This document shows, piece by piece, positions 50,601-64,000 of a stretch of DNA of 64,000 nucleotides (positions are counted from its first letter, which is position 1; each line of letters opens with the position of its first letter). The notes under the pieces are model-generated. The model was not told where the DNA came from and ran no database searches. It worked only from the letters and a program-made list of their open reading frames with translations. Where the stretch lies: NCBI RefSeq assembly GCF_964204865.1, contig NC_135250.1, positions 19,096,001 through 19,160,000 of the forward strand. Direction: 5' to 3'. Source of the stretch: Styela clava. Lineage: Eukaryota. A program made the position numbers and the translations under genes.

Positions 50601-51777
50601 TCGTTATGGTATGTTTTAGTTATGAATTTTTTAAATAGGGGGAGGTAAAAAAAAACAGAGATATCAAATATGTCGATCGGACCATTTAATATAGACATTT
50701 CTGGGTGTCACATGGTTTTTGTATGTTTTGATTTTTTATTCTTAGTGCCACCATCCATGACTTTAACCAAACTGAAAGCCATTGTTCCACTTCAAGACGA
50801 AAGGTATGTAGTCAGGGATGTTCTAAGTTAGTGTTTTTATTAACCTGGATTCCATCGAACCCATGGGGTTGTACAGTGATTTTTCATACCCTCCTTCGCC
50901 CTGGGAACGCCACTGGTTAAAATACATGTCCTATACAAATTCATATTTAATCGATTGAAGACAGTTGCATTTTATATATAACCTTGCAGAAAATACGCTC
51001 GCTTTATATAAAGTTCAAGTTTTGTCTGTTCAAGGCGATGGGGCTCAACGAAAGCCTGTAGAACAGTGGTCAGCAACCTACGGCCTGCGGAGTAATATAA
51101 TCCGGCCCGCGACGCTTCACTGAATTATAGTAACAAAACAGCTGTTTTGACGATTATATTCTTTACGTAACAGAATTTATTGCGAGACGCATGTGGACTC
51201 AAATTATATTATAATCTAACGAGTATAAAATTCACAATTACTCGTTTAGTAAGCCAATAATTCAATTATAATTAGACAAATGGCAACAAAGCGCAGAAAA
51301 GTTGATGCTAAGTGCAAAGGGTTCAATGGTGCCGAAAATATTCAAATGGAATTTTTGAGATTCAATGCATTGTATCACTGCTTGATTTTTATTATAAAAA
51401 GTATCATCCGTTCGGTTTTCAACTTTCTAAAAATATGTGCGACCCGCCAATGACTTGCAACCCTTGTTTTGGCCCGCGGGCGACAAAAGGTTGCCGACCC
51501 CTGCTGTAGAATGACTTTAAGAACTACTGTCCTAAGTTAAAAAAAAGTTTTCAAACACATTTAAAATTTGTTTTATTCAATAAATTCTATATTTTTGGGA
51601 TATTTTCATTGAAAAAAGTGATTCTCAATTTTTTGTTATATCCTCCATTTTGATATATTAATTTTTACAAAATATCTTTTTATCAGCGGAAGAGATTATT
51701 CTGATGCTTATTCATCAAATGAAAATAATACAAGTGACAGATCAGATTCCCCGGAAACAAAGAGAATACAAATGTAG
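38645..51777 (+). CDS. MAP3K13: Dual leucine zipper kinase DLK/LZK (MAP3K12/MAP3K13 family), about 833 aa
   Basis: Exons 38645-38766, 39919-40046, 40748-40930, 41458-41644, 42059-42250, 42939-43030, 43790-43856, 44302-44460, 44862-44970, 45775-45884, 46430-46546, 47858-47977, 48490-48617, 49166-49266, 49756-50293, 50746-50803, 51687-51777 splice in frame. [48 protein letters not shown], zipper [15 protein letters not shown]-terminal [10 protein letters not shown]. Terminal exons are less certain than the kinase core. Confidence 0.92.
42510..42729. mobile_element. hAT-type MITE
   Basis: Ends CACAGGTGTGCA / TGCACACTTCTG, TSD gaataatc/gaataagc; interior shared with 51963-52297. Confidence 0.7.
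45089..45487. mobile_element. hAT-type MITE
   Basis: Ends CAGTGTTTCCAA / TTGGGAACCACTG, perfect TSD atataatt; partial relative at ~28110-28345. Confidence 0.82.
51064..51503. mobile_element. hAT-type MITE
   Basis: TIR CAGTGGTCAGCAACCT / AGGTTGCCGACCCCTG, perfect TSD ctgtagaa, GGCCCGC subterminal motifs. Confidence 0.88.
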
Positions 51778-51962
51778 CGTAACAAGGTATAGTGTTATCA
51801 GTTTGCCTTTGATCTTGGAATTCACATTTGAAACCTGGATTCACAGAAGACATAACTTGGTAACATATTATTTTTCTGAAGACAAAATTATCATTGAGCA
51901 TTGATGTGGTATTTACCTGAAAATCATGTACCCATTAATTTAACTTTGGTTTTACTATATAG

Positions 51963-52297
51963 CAGGGGTGTGCACTGTGCAGTCTTTAATACAAAAGTGC
52001 CCTGTGTGAAACCGCGGGCCACAGTTTTATTTAACATATGATTTCTAGTAGTGGCCGATATAAAAATTTTGATTATCGATCTTATGATGTGCAATGTCCC
52101 CCTCGTACAAGCTAGCTGTTAGGAAATTGTAACATCTAAGACAAAGGGATTGGAATTACTCGCACATACCAGATTAAACTGAATTGAAAACTTGTTTTGC
52201 TGGCCGCACACCATTTAAAATTGGCACCTCCTCGCAGGCTGCACGATTTGTTCTTGTGGCCGCATTTGGCCTGCGGGCCGCAGGTTGCACACCCCTG
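51963..52297. mobile_element. hAT-type MITE
   Basis: Perfect 12-bp TIR CAGGGGTGTGCA / TGCACACCCCTG; TSD degenerate; similar ends at ~53080-53421. Confidence 0.75.
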
Positions 52298-55200
52298 TTT
52301 TAGAGTATTCTTACACTAACTATGTTTTTATATTTTATATCTGTTTTATCATTGAATGCCATAAAAAATAACATCTTTTAAGCACACTTCTTCAAAGCAA
52401 TTGGTTATGTCAGTTGTTCTCAAACTTTCATGGTCTGTGGCCCACTTTCAAAGACTCAACACATGTGGCCCCTTACAATAAAAACCTAGTTTTGATTTTA
52501 ACACATTTCTATCAGTTATTTTATGTACCATATTTAATAATAAAAATCAATTTACCACATCGTGTCTTTGTTTGTTGCCCCAAGTGTACCATCCTGGGGC
52601 CCCCAGGGGTTCCAAGGGCCCAGTTTAAGCAACCCGAATTTATGTGATAGTTTTTGCTCGGAATGGCTACTCCTTCATCTATAGGCTCATTTGTTCTCTC
52701 ACATTGTGATTTTTATAGTGTTTTTCAATAATTATTTTTGAAATATTATAAAGAGATAATAATGAGGTGTGTAGTTTTTATCAATGTTATCATTTTATCA
52801 ATGATTTTGTTCAATATTATTTTTGATTCCACTGCCTATCATTTATTAGTTTGTGAAATAATTTTTATTATAACTATTTGTGAATAGTTCTAATTTTCAT
52901 TGTAACTTTTTGGTATTTTTTGAAGTATTTTATGATACGTGATCGTTATTAATTATTATAATTACCTTTGAAATTTAATATCGTATTGACATGCTTTGAA
53001 TCTCACATCAATTGGTATTTGCTAATGTGCAATTCTGCACTAAAATGATATGTAGACTCAGGGGCTCATGGCATTAAATCAGGGGTGTGCGCTGTGCAAC
53101 ATTTTTTATCGGTTGGCCTTATAACCAACTTCAGACATCTAGCCGGGCCACATAAAAAATTTAGTTTTTCCCTGCCAGGAAGGCAAGAGAAACGAATGCG
53201 AATATTGATTAGTCTTGCAGTGATTAATGCATCGAGCAAAACAGCGAAGGATTTATCTCAGCGACACGAGAAAAAAAACATTGCATATTTTTTACCCACG
53301 TGGGCGACTTTTTAAACATAAAGTGTCAGATTATAATTTTGTGCTTGATGAAGAAAAATCGGAGTGTTGACATGGGCCACAGTAAATGGTGTGGCCCGCA
53401 GGCCGCCTGTTGCACACCCCCACACTTGGGTGTGATATCAATCTCATATATTTCCGGAGTGTGTGCATGTGATATTGCTTTGAGAAAATTTCTAAAAAAA
53501 TACGCCAATTCTACAAAGTCGGAATACTAATTCTCAAGGATTTTGCTGAATAGTGGTATAATATACATAAATTGTTTACTTTCAAATTTCACTTCATTGT
53601 GTATTTATAAATGATATTACTGTTGTTGCACTAAGCGATATGTTTGTTTTTTTGAATGCTTCAAGATTTTCCAGATATAGTGTTTGAATCGGTACGCAAT
53701 TGGTTATAAAAAGCATTTGATATACATATAATCTATACTTTTAAACATAAGCTTTCTCAGATAAAAGTTTCCTAAAAGTTGCGTTAGGTTCAAATACCAA
53801 TATTCAAAAAGCCATTGTATGACAATTAACGAGAGACTCCAATAACTTATAATTGAACTGACATGAAAAGATGTCATGAATTTAAAAAAAATATTAGTAC
53901 AGCATATTTGTTGACAGATCGAGTTAGGAATAACTGGTTAAGAAACTCAGGCAATCAGTTTATGCTGTATTATCTGTAATAGAAGTAAAGCCATATTTCC
54001 TAAAGAAATTCTTTTCATCCATACCTGGCAGGGTTTCAGAGAATCTTTATTTGTATTATAATGCTCTATTTCAGGTAATACTTATCCATGTAAAATTTTC
54101 AGGATTGTCATGTATTGATTTCTGTACCTTGCTATTCTGTTCTATAGTTCTTTGCATATTTTGCTTAATCGTACTTGATTTTTGTGTTCGTAATTAAGAA
54201 ATCATCTTGCGATCTGCCTCATTCTTATTCGAGTATTATTCTTCGCTGACATTGATTGAAGTTTATCAATTTTCAGCAATACTTCAATCCGGGTTATTTT
54301 TAAATTGTACTGATGTATTTTTAGATGAATTTATCCCTCCTGTCAGCACTCAGTTTCATTGTGAATTTGAAGTTATTCATTGTGATTAGTATTATCACTG
54401 TCTTCTTAAATTCTTACTGTTTATTTCAACAGTATTTTTCTGCTTTTTTATCCTTATATTTTAGGTGTTGGAAATTGTAATCTCTGTGATTGGTGAATTC
54501 ATAAATTTTGAAATAATGTTTAGATCAGCACTCTTACCCAGTTGCTAAGTATACTGTAGTTGCTTGCTGGCGATAGTTATTGAGAAATAAAGAATGAGAG
54601 ACATTGACAGTAAATGGTCAACTACTGGGACTAGTTATTACAGAAAAAATCCTTTGATCTTCAACAGATAAAATTCCCTGGGTAAATTTAACTCTCGTGC
54701 TGTACTTCATCTGTTATGGTGCACATTTAGTAAATGGAAAGCATATGTATTAAAAGTGCCATGGATTTGTAGACAATATATTCTGATTGCCAAAACTAAA
54801 TTTAATCGTAATCTCAACAAATTCCTCGAGATATTCTTTAGCTAAAACATCAAACTTTGGTTTTAGTTTGGTTGTGGCAGCATCAGGCGGCTGGATTGAT
54901 TAACCCAATAGGCCTGATTTGGCTCGGGGGCTGTACTTTGCCCATGTCAGCTCTAAGTATGTTCAAATGACCTTGGTACTGTTGTGGGGTCGTCCTTTAT
55001 TTACCCATACTTGTACTACATTTGGATTAGAACTGGGTAGCTACCCTTATCAACATTAATTAGTAACAGGGCAGAGAGCCATAGTAGGATGTCCCAATAC
55101 CTGTACACTTTTGATTAATCATGATATGCTTGATCTGTGCTTTTAGTACCCTGCTGCTTATATGTGCATATTCGAGGTAAATATTTTACAGATGGGGCAG

Positions 55201-57163
55201 ATTCTAATTTAATAATATTTTCATATGATAAGAAATTTGCTTTTTTGATTATAAATCTTTTTGTTTTCCTTCGTTATTATTATTTTCGTCATTGTGAACT
55301 ATCATTGTTTAATTGATCTTGAAAGTTTAATAAAAAAACATGTGAATCACACACTTCGTAAAAACATCAGGTACAGGTAAATTCTAGTAAGCTATGCGGA
55401 ATAGAAAAAATACATGTTGGCATATGTACAATTATTTTCGATGCAATAATGGGACAATGCTGAATGATTCATTGACCGGTGCCATATCACAATATTTAGG
55501 CATTTTTTTTCTTTTTGATTATATTGATTTATGTTGTCTTTTTTAAAATGTGCATATCCATTCAAAACAGCATATTATCTGTCTTTTTTCTATACAAAGT
55601 ATTCATATGTTTCACTCTGAACAAGAATCTGCACAAACAGTATTGCTAGACAAGGAGCTACTAAAGTTTGAAGGAATTCTGAATCTTTCCGGTTCTGCAT
55701 TGTCAACAAAAATCCCACCCCCCTCTCCCAGGTGAGGTGGTGGGATGAGATTGGAAACCGAATTTTTAACCTTCGAAGTGTAATGCTTTAATCACTAGGC
55801 CACAGAGGCGGCTTCTGAACTCAAGATTGGTGTCATTTGCTGTCCTTCTCTTCTCATCATTAAGAGTAGAACGTATCGCCAATTTTTTCTTCTGTTTTAT
55901 TGCAAGATGTTTCTCACACGATAGTAGTAAATATCTTAATCTCATTGGGCATCGGTCGGCGTACTTTATGTACATTTGGGCCAAATATACACATTTCTGG
56001 TAGTGTGCGAGACTGCGAGGGCATTAATGGCCTGGCACAATGTGTATGTGGCTGTTTCTTATTTATTGTCATACACAATACTCTGTTTTTATCCACTTAT
56101 CATCAACATGATAGATGATGCTGTTTTTGTTTGATGGACAAAAGTTAAAATTAACTGGCAACTTCATTGATGATATATGCAGTACTTCGTTGAAATAACG
56201 ATCTTAAAAGCCAGTACAAAGTTTAATATTAGCGTAATTCATTTTGGATGAAGCTGCTCACAGCAATATGAGTTTCGAATGTACACATAAAAATGAGAAA
56301 AGTTGGAATTGATGAGTTGAGCTTCCCGAAGACATAACTTGTTCATGAAAGCAGTAATATTTTCATATATCTAATTATTTAATAAATTTCCCCTCCTTGC
56401 AGTTAAGCTTGTTCATATGAGCGCCACCTACAATATATCATCCAACTTTATTAATGTTCTTTTTATGATACAAATTTGACAACCTGAACATTTAATCATC
56501 AAAATTTTGCTATAGATAATTTATATCTGATGTCTTCGGCCCAGATCTCGTATTGCTATAGTACTTTAATTTCTGTGTTATACTTGGCCATGCTCGTTTA
56601 AAAAGAGATTGATCTCAACCATAAGCCATCTTTTCTCTTCACCATTATAATTGTAAATTTGCCTCCAGGCTATATTGTGGTATCAGTGCTTTCCGACTTT
56701 ATGATAATAAGACTCGGTTACCAGTAAATGTATCCATTCTAATTTGAAACAATTTTATAGTTTACAGTCAGTCATTTAGAACTTAATATATCATACAGAT
56801 TAACTTGGGTTTCATTATATAGTTTACAGGATTTGATATTGTTTAGTTCCAACAGTCTGGTAAAAGTCATTAGTTGGTCTGGTCATGTCTGAAGATGAAA
56901 TAAGAAATATCGACATATAGCATTCAATAATATTGTCAATGTACTTATTAAATTATCAAAATTATTCAGATAATGAATAGCATTAAATCACAAGAGATTT
57001 TTTTGGGGTCAATTCTGTTAAAGTGTTTTATATTGGGCAGCTAGTTTTAGTAACAATATATATTGTATTTAAATTTGATAAAGCTTACTGGTATTTTATT
57101 GGAGTATTGTTACCAAGATGATAAAAATGACAATCAACGCACACACGAGTCGGAAATTGAGGA

Positions 57164-57304
57164 AGTTGCTCTAAAAACTTTAAATGAGGTTTAAAAGCGT
57201 GTTACATAAAAAGGCAACCTCATATTGCGACATAGTTGCTCTAAAAACTTCAAATGAGGTTTAAAAACGTGAGACATAAAAAAGGCAATCTCATATTGTG
57301 ACAT
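57164..57304. repeat. Tandem duplication, 2 x ~70 bp
   Basis: Unit AGTTGCTCTAAAAACTT...CTCATATTG(C/T)GACAT starts at 57164 and 57234. Confidence 0.9.
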
Positions 57305-57481
57305 AGGTTATAAATTCAAAAATAAGACAGATTATTCTCTAAGTACCGTATTTATACTGGTAACTTTGTTACAGAGACTTCTGAGAGAATGCTAAAGCTC
57401 TCTCTTGCTGTTTTGTGTTGAAAAATTATATTAATTTCACTATTTTGTCTTTGTGTTAGCTGCTATGTTTACTAGTTCAAT

Positions 57482-60400
57482 ATGAAAAAGCGTAAATTCG
57501 TCACAAGGAGATGTACAATCAAAATACAAATTTTATTTGCAACAATTTTTATATTTTCTGTCATTCATTTCCAGTATGTAAGTATCATTGTTATATTTGA
57601 GTAACAAGTATTTAACACTAGCTCATTTCATGACTGCAGCAGTTTTAAAATTTGTTGTGTTATAGGATACATGACAGAAAGCCAATTAAAAATATAGTGA
57701 TACGTATCTTAGATATATCTTTATTTTTTATTACCCCAAAGTCGAAGCAGAAATTTCAAATTCTTCGGATTTAGGATTAAAGACTTCTAATAATGATAAT
57801 CAAAGTCTAAATTTCTGATGGAAATTGAAAAGTTTTAATTACCGGTACCTATAATACAATTGAAGAAGTCTTGCAATGCCAGGTTTGTTTTTTCGGTGTG
57901 ATATTTTTAGCAACTTAGAGACTAACTTTATTGTCTCCTGCTTTCAAATTTTATTATAATAATCACTTTTTATTATTTTTTGCACCATGAATGAAGATGA
58001 GCACAATTGATCATGAAAATCTGGAAAAATTGTATACAATTCCTGACAATTTGATGATGAAACATTCTTCAAAAGGAGATAATAAAAGAAATAAAATGAT
58101 TCAAACAAATAATAGAAAATTTGATAGCGGAACTACTCTGCAAAATCATGAAGGTACAATTACAAATAATATTTTGTGTGTAGACTCAATTACGAAACAG
58201 GCAAGAGGCATACATTATGGCTACTTGGGGAATAATTGGCTACAGCTCCGAACCCAACTATTTTGACCACAAGAATAAAATAATCTGTTTTTTTATGTGG
58301 ATTCCTACCATTATACCTGACTTTTACCAAGAGAAAGGAACAGACAAGTGTTTAGTGTTTTCTTCGTTACGGTTAACTAGAATTTTAATGAAATTAATTT
58401 TTTTAACCCAGGGGTCAAATTATCTGTTTTTTTTTTCCTACAAAATATGTCTTATCTTGTTCTTGATACATAAATCAACATTAACATGATGTGTTAGAGT
58501 CAGACGCAACCCGCGTCGCTGGTTAAAATCTTCTGTTCACATCCCACGTCTGCCACCTCACCCAGGGTTTAGTGAATTAGGTAGGCAATGCTGAGATTGT
58601 GGTTCTTCCGAACTCTAGTAACTTTCTAGCTAAGATGTCACGAACTAGGTTAGCTAATCGGCGAATCTTATTTACATTAAAAAATATATGATGAATTTAT
58701 AAATATATTTGTGGCTTATGGCACCTCTTTAGTTGATGTGGGCCTTTAGCAGTTTTGTCGTTCAAAGTATTTCATACTTTTATCTTAAGCAGATCTGAAT
58801 GAAATCTATGATAGAGACGAGGGGTTGTGGAAAACCCATTCAATGCTTATTCATTCAAGGATTATTTCCACTGTGTTGAACGAATAATCTTATTGAATTT
58901 GAAATTACTAAAGCTTTTTTCCATATCTTTATTTTAGAAATAGATTGCCAACCTAGAAGAGGTGTTGTTTTTTTGAAGACTCATAAAACAGGTATGAGAT
59001 GAATTTTCTAATTGACGACAGCATTATGTAGATATTGAGTCTCCTAATTTACTTTGATATACAGTGACACCTCGGTAGTCCAACGACTCGATGCTCGAAT
59101 AATTTAGTAGTCGACCAAAAAATTCTAGTCAAAAATGCTGCGGTACTCGAACGAAAATTCGATGCTTGAACACCCTTGTCGCCGAGTGAGATGACATCAC
59201 CCGAATCGCGCAAATCGGCTGCCCTTTGACCAACCATTCAACAAAAGAGCGAAGCTCAAATATAATGGACACAAAGGCAAAACAAAGTAGTACGAGTATG
59301 CAATCTGTCAAAGTAGACTAACGCGAAAGCCAAACTGCCACAAGGTCTGCAATTTAGGAATGCATAGGAATGGATTAAACTAGTTACCGTTGTTTGTTAT
59401 GGAAAAAAGTTTCTGTACTCGAACAAATCAGTCGTCGAACACCAATCATGAACGCATTATGTTCGACTACCGAGGTATCACTGTAGACCAAATTTTTTTA
59501 AACATCATAAATTCAATCTTTTAATCTTGCCAGAATGATGAGATTTAAGATACGCCAGAGATTGTTTACGAAGTACCTACCCTTCACTGCTATCCTATCT
59601 TTTAACTTCTTTACTGCTATTTATAACCACTGTTCAATATTACCCTTTTTATACCCATCTCTTATTTGAAAAAATCTTTATTACCAAATCTTGATGCAGT
59701 GAAGTTATTACTTCTAATATTGCAATCGGTGATTATTACTGAAAAGATCTGACTGGCATTTAAATTCTTCACATTTTCTGTTGTGCTGTTACCAGAAATG
59801 AACTTGAATTGCATAATTTGAACAATTTGGTTATGTTACTGTATAAAACAAATAAAAAATAGCTTACTCACCAATATTCATATACAAATCTATGGCCAAT
59901 AGAATTGTTTAAAATTTCATGGAAATTGGTTAGAAATAGTTTTTTTTTATAAAGTTGTCATCTTTTCTATGAAAGAACAGTATTTGAAGCAGTATGCTTG
60001 ATTTTAAGATTCATATGGCGAATATTTGTGCAGTTGTTCAATGCTCTGATGATTTATGGACTTATATTGACCACCTCTGGTGGCCGATATATATCCGTTG
60101 ACCTAGTGGTTAAAGTTGACTTAGTGACATCTCAGGTAATGGCTTCTTGCACAGAGCCTTGGTTGGAGCAGAAGGTGTGAAAATATGTCATATCAAAAAT
60201 ATGCGTGTAGACCTGAATTATTCGCCTAATTGTTTTCAGGAAGCACAACTATGACAAACATATTTCTTCGATTCGCTGAAAAACATAAACTTGCGGTTGG
60301 TTTGCCTCCATTAAGAAAATGGGAGCTTGGTGGTTATCCTGGATTTTTCAATAAAAAATTAGTTGATCCACAATTAAAGCAATATGAAATGCTTTGCCAT

Positions 60401-63400
60401 CATTTCAGGTGAGTTTTTTCCTGATATTTATTGGTATATTTTAAGTTTATCACATGGTATTTCGTAACAGTATTCCAAGCAAGGCTTTGCAAAAGCAGGC
60501 ACCGATATGTACAGAATACATGTGTATCGTATGTATGTGATATAGGACAACATCCCATTGCGGACTTCAGAAGAGTTAATTAATTAAAAAGCTGAAGTTA
60601 TCAATTTACAAGTATTTTTATATATTGCTGATATATCATTTCAAGAGGCGGGGCACGATGGCTTATTACAGCAGTTCCCAAAGTTGCTAAGTGCGTCATG
60701 AAAACTGACAGAATTCTGTTAAACATAACAAAATAGGATTCAATATTTTACATATTGCATTTGATATAAATGTGTTATATTGTTTCTTATTCGAAAAACG
60801 CACAAAATTAACTTTGTATGAGATTCTGCGAACCCACGCAGAGTAATCAGAGGAGCGGTGGCGAGTGGATTCCTGAAGCTTAGAACGATTTGCCACTTCG
60901 CAGAACCAATGCAATTTCGTGAGCTGCAGTTTATTTATCTGCTGAACCGAATTGGCAAACATGGGTGATTTTTTTAGCATTTCGAAGAAAAATTGGACAG
61001 AGATAAGGAAAAAAATTGACCTTTTGTCTTTATCCCCCAGGCTCACTCGTTTACTTTAAAAGGCATAAAAGTACACATTAACGATAAAAGCAGCATTTTT
61101 TCGTGAGCCTTTTTCTCCAATAATGTGTCGCCGCACGAACAAAAAGTTTTGGAACTGCTTGCCTAGCAATTAAAAGCGTCAGGCTGAGTTGGCATCGCAT
61201 ATTACACATCACAGGTACAAGCCTCATGACCCTAACCCAGGGGATAATAAATTTGGTAAGCATTTGTAAAGCTACTTCACAAATATATTCACTTTTATTA
61301 CATTCAGAATGAACACTGAAGTGGTGTCACAAATAGTACCTGCTGATACCTTGTATGTTACCATTCTACGAGATCCAGCAAATGCGTTTGAATCGGGATT
61401 TTCGTTTTTCCGAGATGGTCCTTTTTCATCATGGATGCCAAATTATGAAAATGAAGATGCTTTGGAACAATTTATTGAATCTCCAAAGCATTTTTACAAC
61501 AAATCAACACCTTGGTATTTTCGAGCGAAAAATTACCAAAGTTTTGATTTAGGTATGATATACGTATTTTTTATGTAGCGTCATATAATTCAACAATCAA
61601 TTACATCGGTCAACAATCACCTCTTGAGAATAATGGCCAATGGCCCAGCAGTTGAGGTGTTAAACATGACTGTTCTGACATTGCAGATTACACATCTTGT
61701 ATTCCAATCCAATTTTTTCTTTCTGGTTGTGAGGGTGAGCTCTGAATTTGAACATAAAATTTGAGATATTTATTGGTGCTAACACAGTGAGGTACAACTA
61801 TTTAAGCACCTCTGCATTTTTGACGATTTACAATCAGGAGGTGTAGATGCCCTCAATAAACAATGATCAACATTCTTTCATGGTACTTGATACGTTCGTT
61901 CAACATACGTTTGTTATGTAATAAAATCCAAATTTTGCCTGCAAAAGTACGCACACCTTAGTTACTTATCTGTTTAGAATTCACAGTCAACTTAAATAAT
62001 CTTTCCTACTTGACGTCATAAATTTCAACTTCGCTTATCACCATTAGAAGTTGTACATTCTCCATGTACTCCGAAAAATTTGAAATTTCTTCTTCCGATT
62101 ATGGCTTAAATAACAATTGAATTTTCTTCACTTCTCAAATTCTGTCAAATATTTCCATTTTTAGGTTTTAATAATGACAGAGAAGATGAAGATTATATCA
62201 AATATGTTCGTTATAAAATGGATGATTTGTTCAATCTCGTTTTAATAACTGAAAAATTTGAAGAATCACTTATTTTACTCAAAGGTGAGTGGAAACAGAT
62301 TTGAAAAGGAGCAGATGAGTGTGATCAGAGCATTGGCTCTTTGGTTGGCAGTTTCATAGCTTATACCCTGCACTATTTCAAAAATATAAATTATAGTTTT
62401 ATGTCCTCGTTACCCTCAACTTCATATTCATATTTTGACGCTCCAGAAGTGTATGTACCAATATATGGAGATAACTAATTTTGTTCGCCTACTTTACATC
62501 AAGTTGTGTAAAGGAACTGAAACCTATGGGCAAGGGTATATTCGCCTGGCTAACACAGACAGTCCCCGAACTCGTAATAGAACTAAAATAAGAAAAATGG
62601 GAATAAAATTATGGCCTACTCGTACTTCAATATTATTACATAGTCCATTAATAACATATGATATAATTTTCAACAGATTTGCTCTGCATGGAAAGTTTGG
62701 AAGATATTCTGCATATAAGACTCAAAGTTCGACAAAATAGTATGCGAAGAAAATCTAATGATAAATTGAAAAGACAAATGAGAGAATGGAACAAAATAGA
62801 TACAATGATTTACGATTATTTCTTGAAGCGTTTGAATGAAAAGGTATTTTGTCAGTCTTGTTTGACAAAATGGAATTAATCTGTATTTAGTATTATCAGG
62901 TGATCGTTGGTAATTCAGTTTTTAGTTAATACATTTGCTTGATCAACGTGTATTTAACTACTCCAAGTCTCTTTCATTTACCACCAGTCCTGCATGAGAG
63001 TTAGATGGATAGACATGTTGCCCTGTTGCCCCTCTAAAACACACTATGCCTACTTATTTCGTGTGAAGCAGACACAGTTGGGGCGGGAAGATGACACATA
63101 AAAAAAAATAGTGTAACCGTGAATGAGTTATTATTCCTTGTAAAAATATGTCTCTAGTATTTTGGCACTTCGGCTAAATATATAATATTTTTACTATTTC
63201 ATATTGAAATTACATGATAGAAACATCATGTTTGAGTCTGGGGTATTCCCATTGAATAGGATATACATATTTATCCCGAGGGAGAGGAAAGGAGGAAAAA
63301 AACAGGCTAACATAAATATTTTAACAGATTCAAGGTTATGGTATACAAAGAATGACCAACGAAGTTGAGCAGTTGAAGAAAATGTTACAAGAAATTGAAG

Positions 63401-63404
63401 AGAA
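57482..63404 (+). CDS. Galactose-3-O-sulfotransferase family (GAL3ST-like), 3' end beyond the window
   Basis: Exons 57482-57577 (type II signal-anchor), ~57997-58153, 58938-58991, 60240-60408, 61308-61552, 62165-62284, 62677-62843, 63328-63404. CQPRRGVVFLKTHKTGSTT (5'-PSB), CHHFR, YVTILRDP..FES.F (3'-PB), KNYQSFDLG, FNLVLITEKFEESLILLKDLLC, WNKID..IYDYF. Confidence 0.9.
59062..59483. mobile_element. pogo/Tigger-type MITE
   Basis: 23-bp TIR CAGTGA(C/T)ACCTCGGTAGTC(C/G)AAC with TA TSD. Confidence 0.88.
60669..61160. mobile_element. hAT-type MITE containing a SINE fragment
   Basis: Ends CAGCAGTTCCCAAA / TTTGGAACTGCT; inverted homology to 27142-27588; family-1 SINE head at ~60820-60903. Confidence 0.65.
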
Positions 63405-64000
63405 GTAACTTTCAGCAATTTTGTATATTTTTGTATGATTATAACATAAATTCAATCCAAATATGTCTAAGGTGTTTATATCTTCAACCCGTATTTGCTA
63501 AAAAAGAAAATATTTTTTTGGTCGAGGACTAATCAGTTTCGTGACTTGACTAAAATACCCAAGGCATGGAAGCAATTCGGAGGAATAAAATACGGTTTCT
63601 CGAAAATGTCATGTTCTACTCGTCTCACTTGTCTGTGTCCCACTTGCTTCACGTGTACTACTTGTTCCAAGGTTGTGGAAATAGGTGAACTACACCTGAT
63701 TGAATTAAAGTATTGTAATTACCATTTGGAAAAGATCTTTGTTAAATTAAAAATTTGAATGGCGATACATGCATTTAGATATAACGATACCGCTTTTATC
63801 GCTTATACCGCTGGCACCAATCTGATAATGAAACGCCAATTTTTTAAAATGCAGATATTGCCGGTATTCCAATACTGAGATTCCGGTAATATTTAATTAT
63901 CATCTGGATTTTAAGGGATTGACAGGATGAAAAAGTTGTCCAAGTGGGACACGATAGACAAATGGGACAACAAGGACGAGTGGGGCATATGGGACACAAC

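Noticed and set aside
53900-56730. Stop-riddled protein-like stretches on the minus strand between the kinase and the sulfotransferase
   Set aside because: No recognisable family or consistent frame; cannot be supported without a search.
2386-64000. Reductases, LPGAT1 and sulfotransferase as one metabolic gene cluster
   Set aside because: Unrelated dynein and kinase genes intervene, strands differ, and nothing in the sequence shows co-regulation.

Overview
AT-rich, intron-containing animal genomic DNA; compact introns, chordate-like proteins and the repeat content suggest an invertebrate chordate such as an ascidian (inference, not proven). The supplied ORF track mostly shows exon fragments, so genes were spliced by hand using GT-AG rules and homology recalled from memory. 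Contents in order: (1) a + strand tandem array of six intact 5-exon genes for biliverdin reductase B / flavin reductase (NADPH)-like proteins (2386-23603). Human BLVRB is soluble, but five of these six end in a predicted membrane anchor (four transmembrane tails, one CaaX motif CSII), one is anchor-less, and the substrate-pocket positions differ among them. This is the main candidate for an undescribed system. (2) The 5' part only of a DYNC2LI1 gene on the - strand. (3) An intronless LPGAT1 on the - strand. (4) A repeat-rich interval, about 29.9-38.4 kb. (5) A 17-coding-exon DLK/LZK (MAP3K12/13) kinase on the + strand. (6) A galactose-3-O-sulfotransferase gene running off the right edge. There are many non-autonomous DNA transposons with TIRs and TSDs, tRNA-type SINEs, and probable decayed C-type lectin sequences between the reductase genes. 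No database searches were run.
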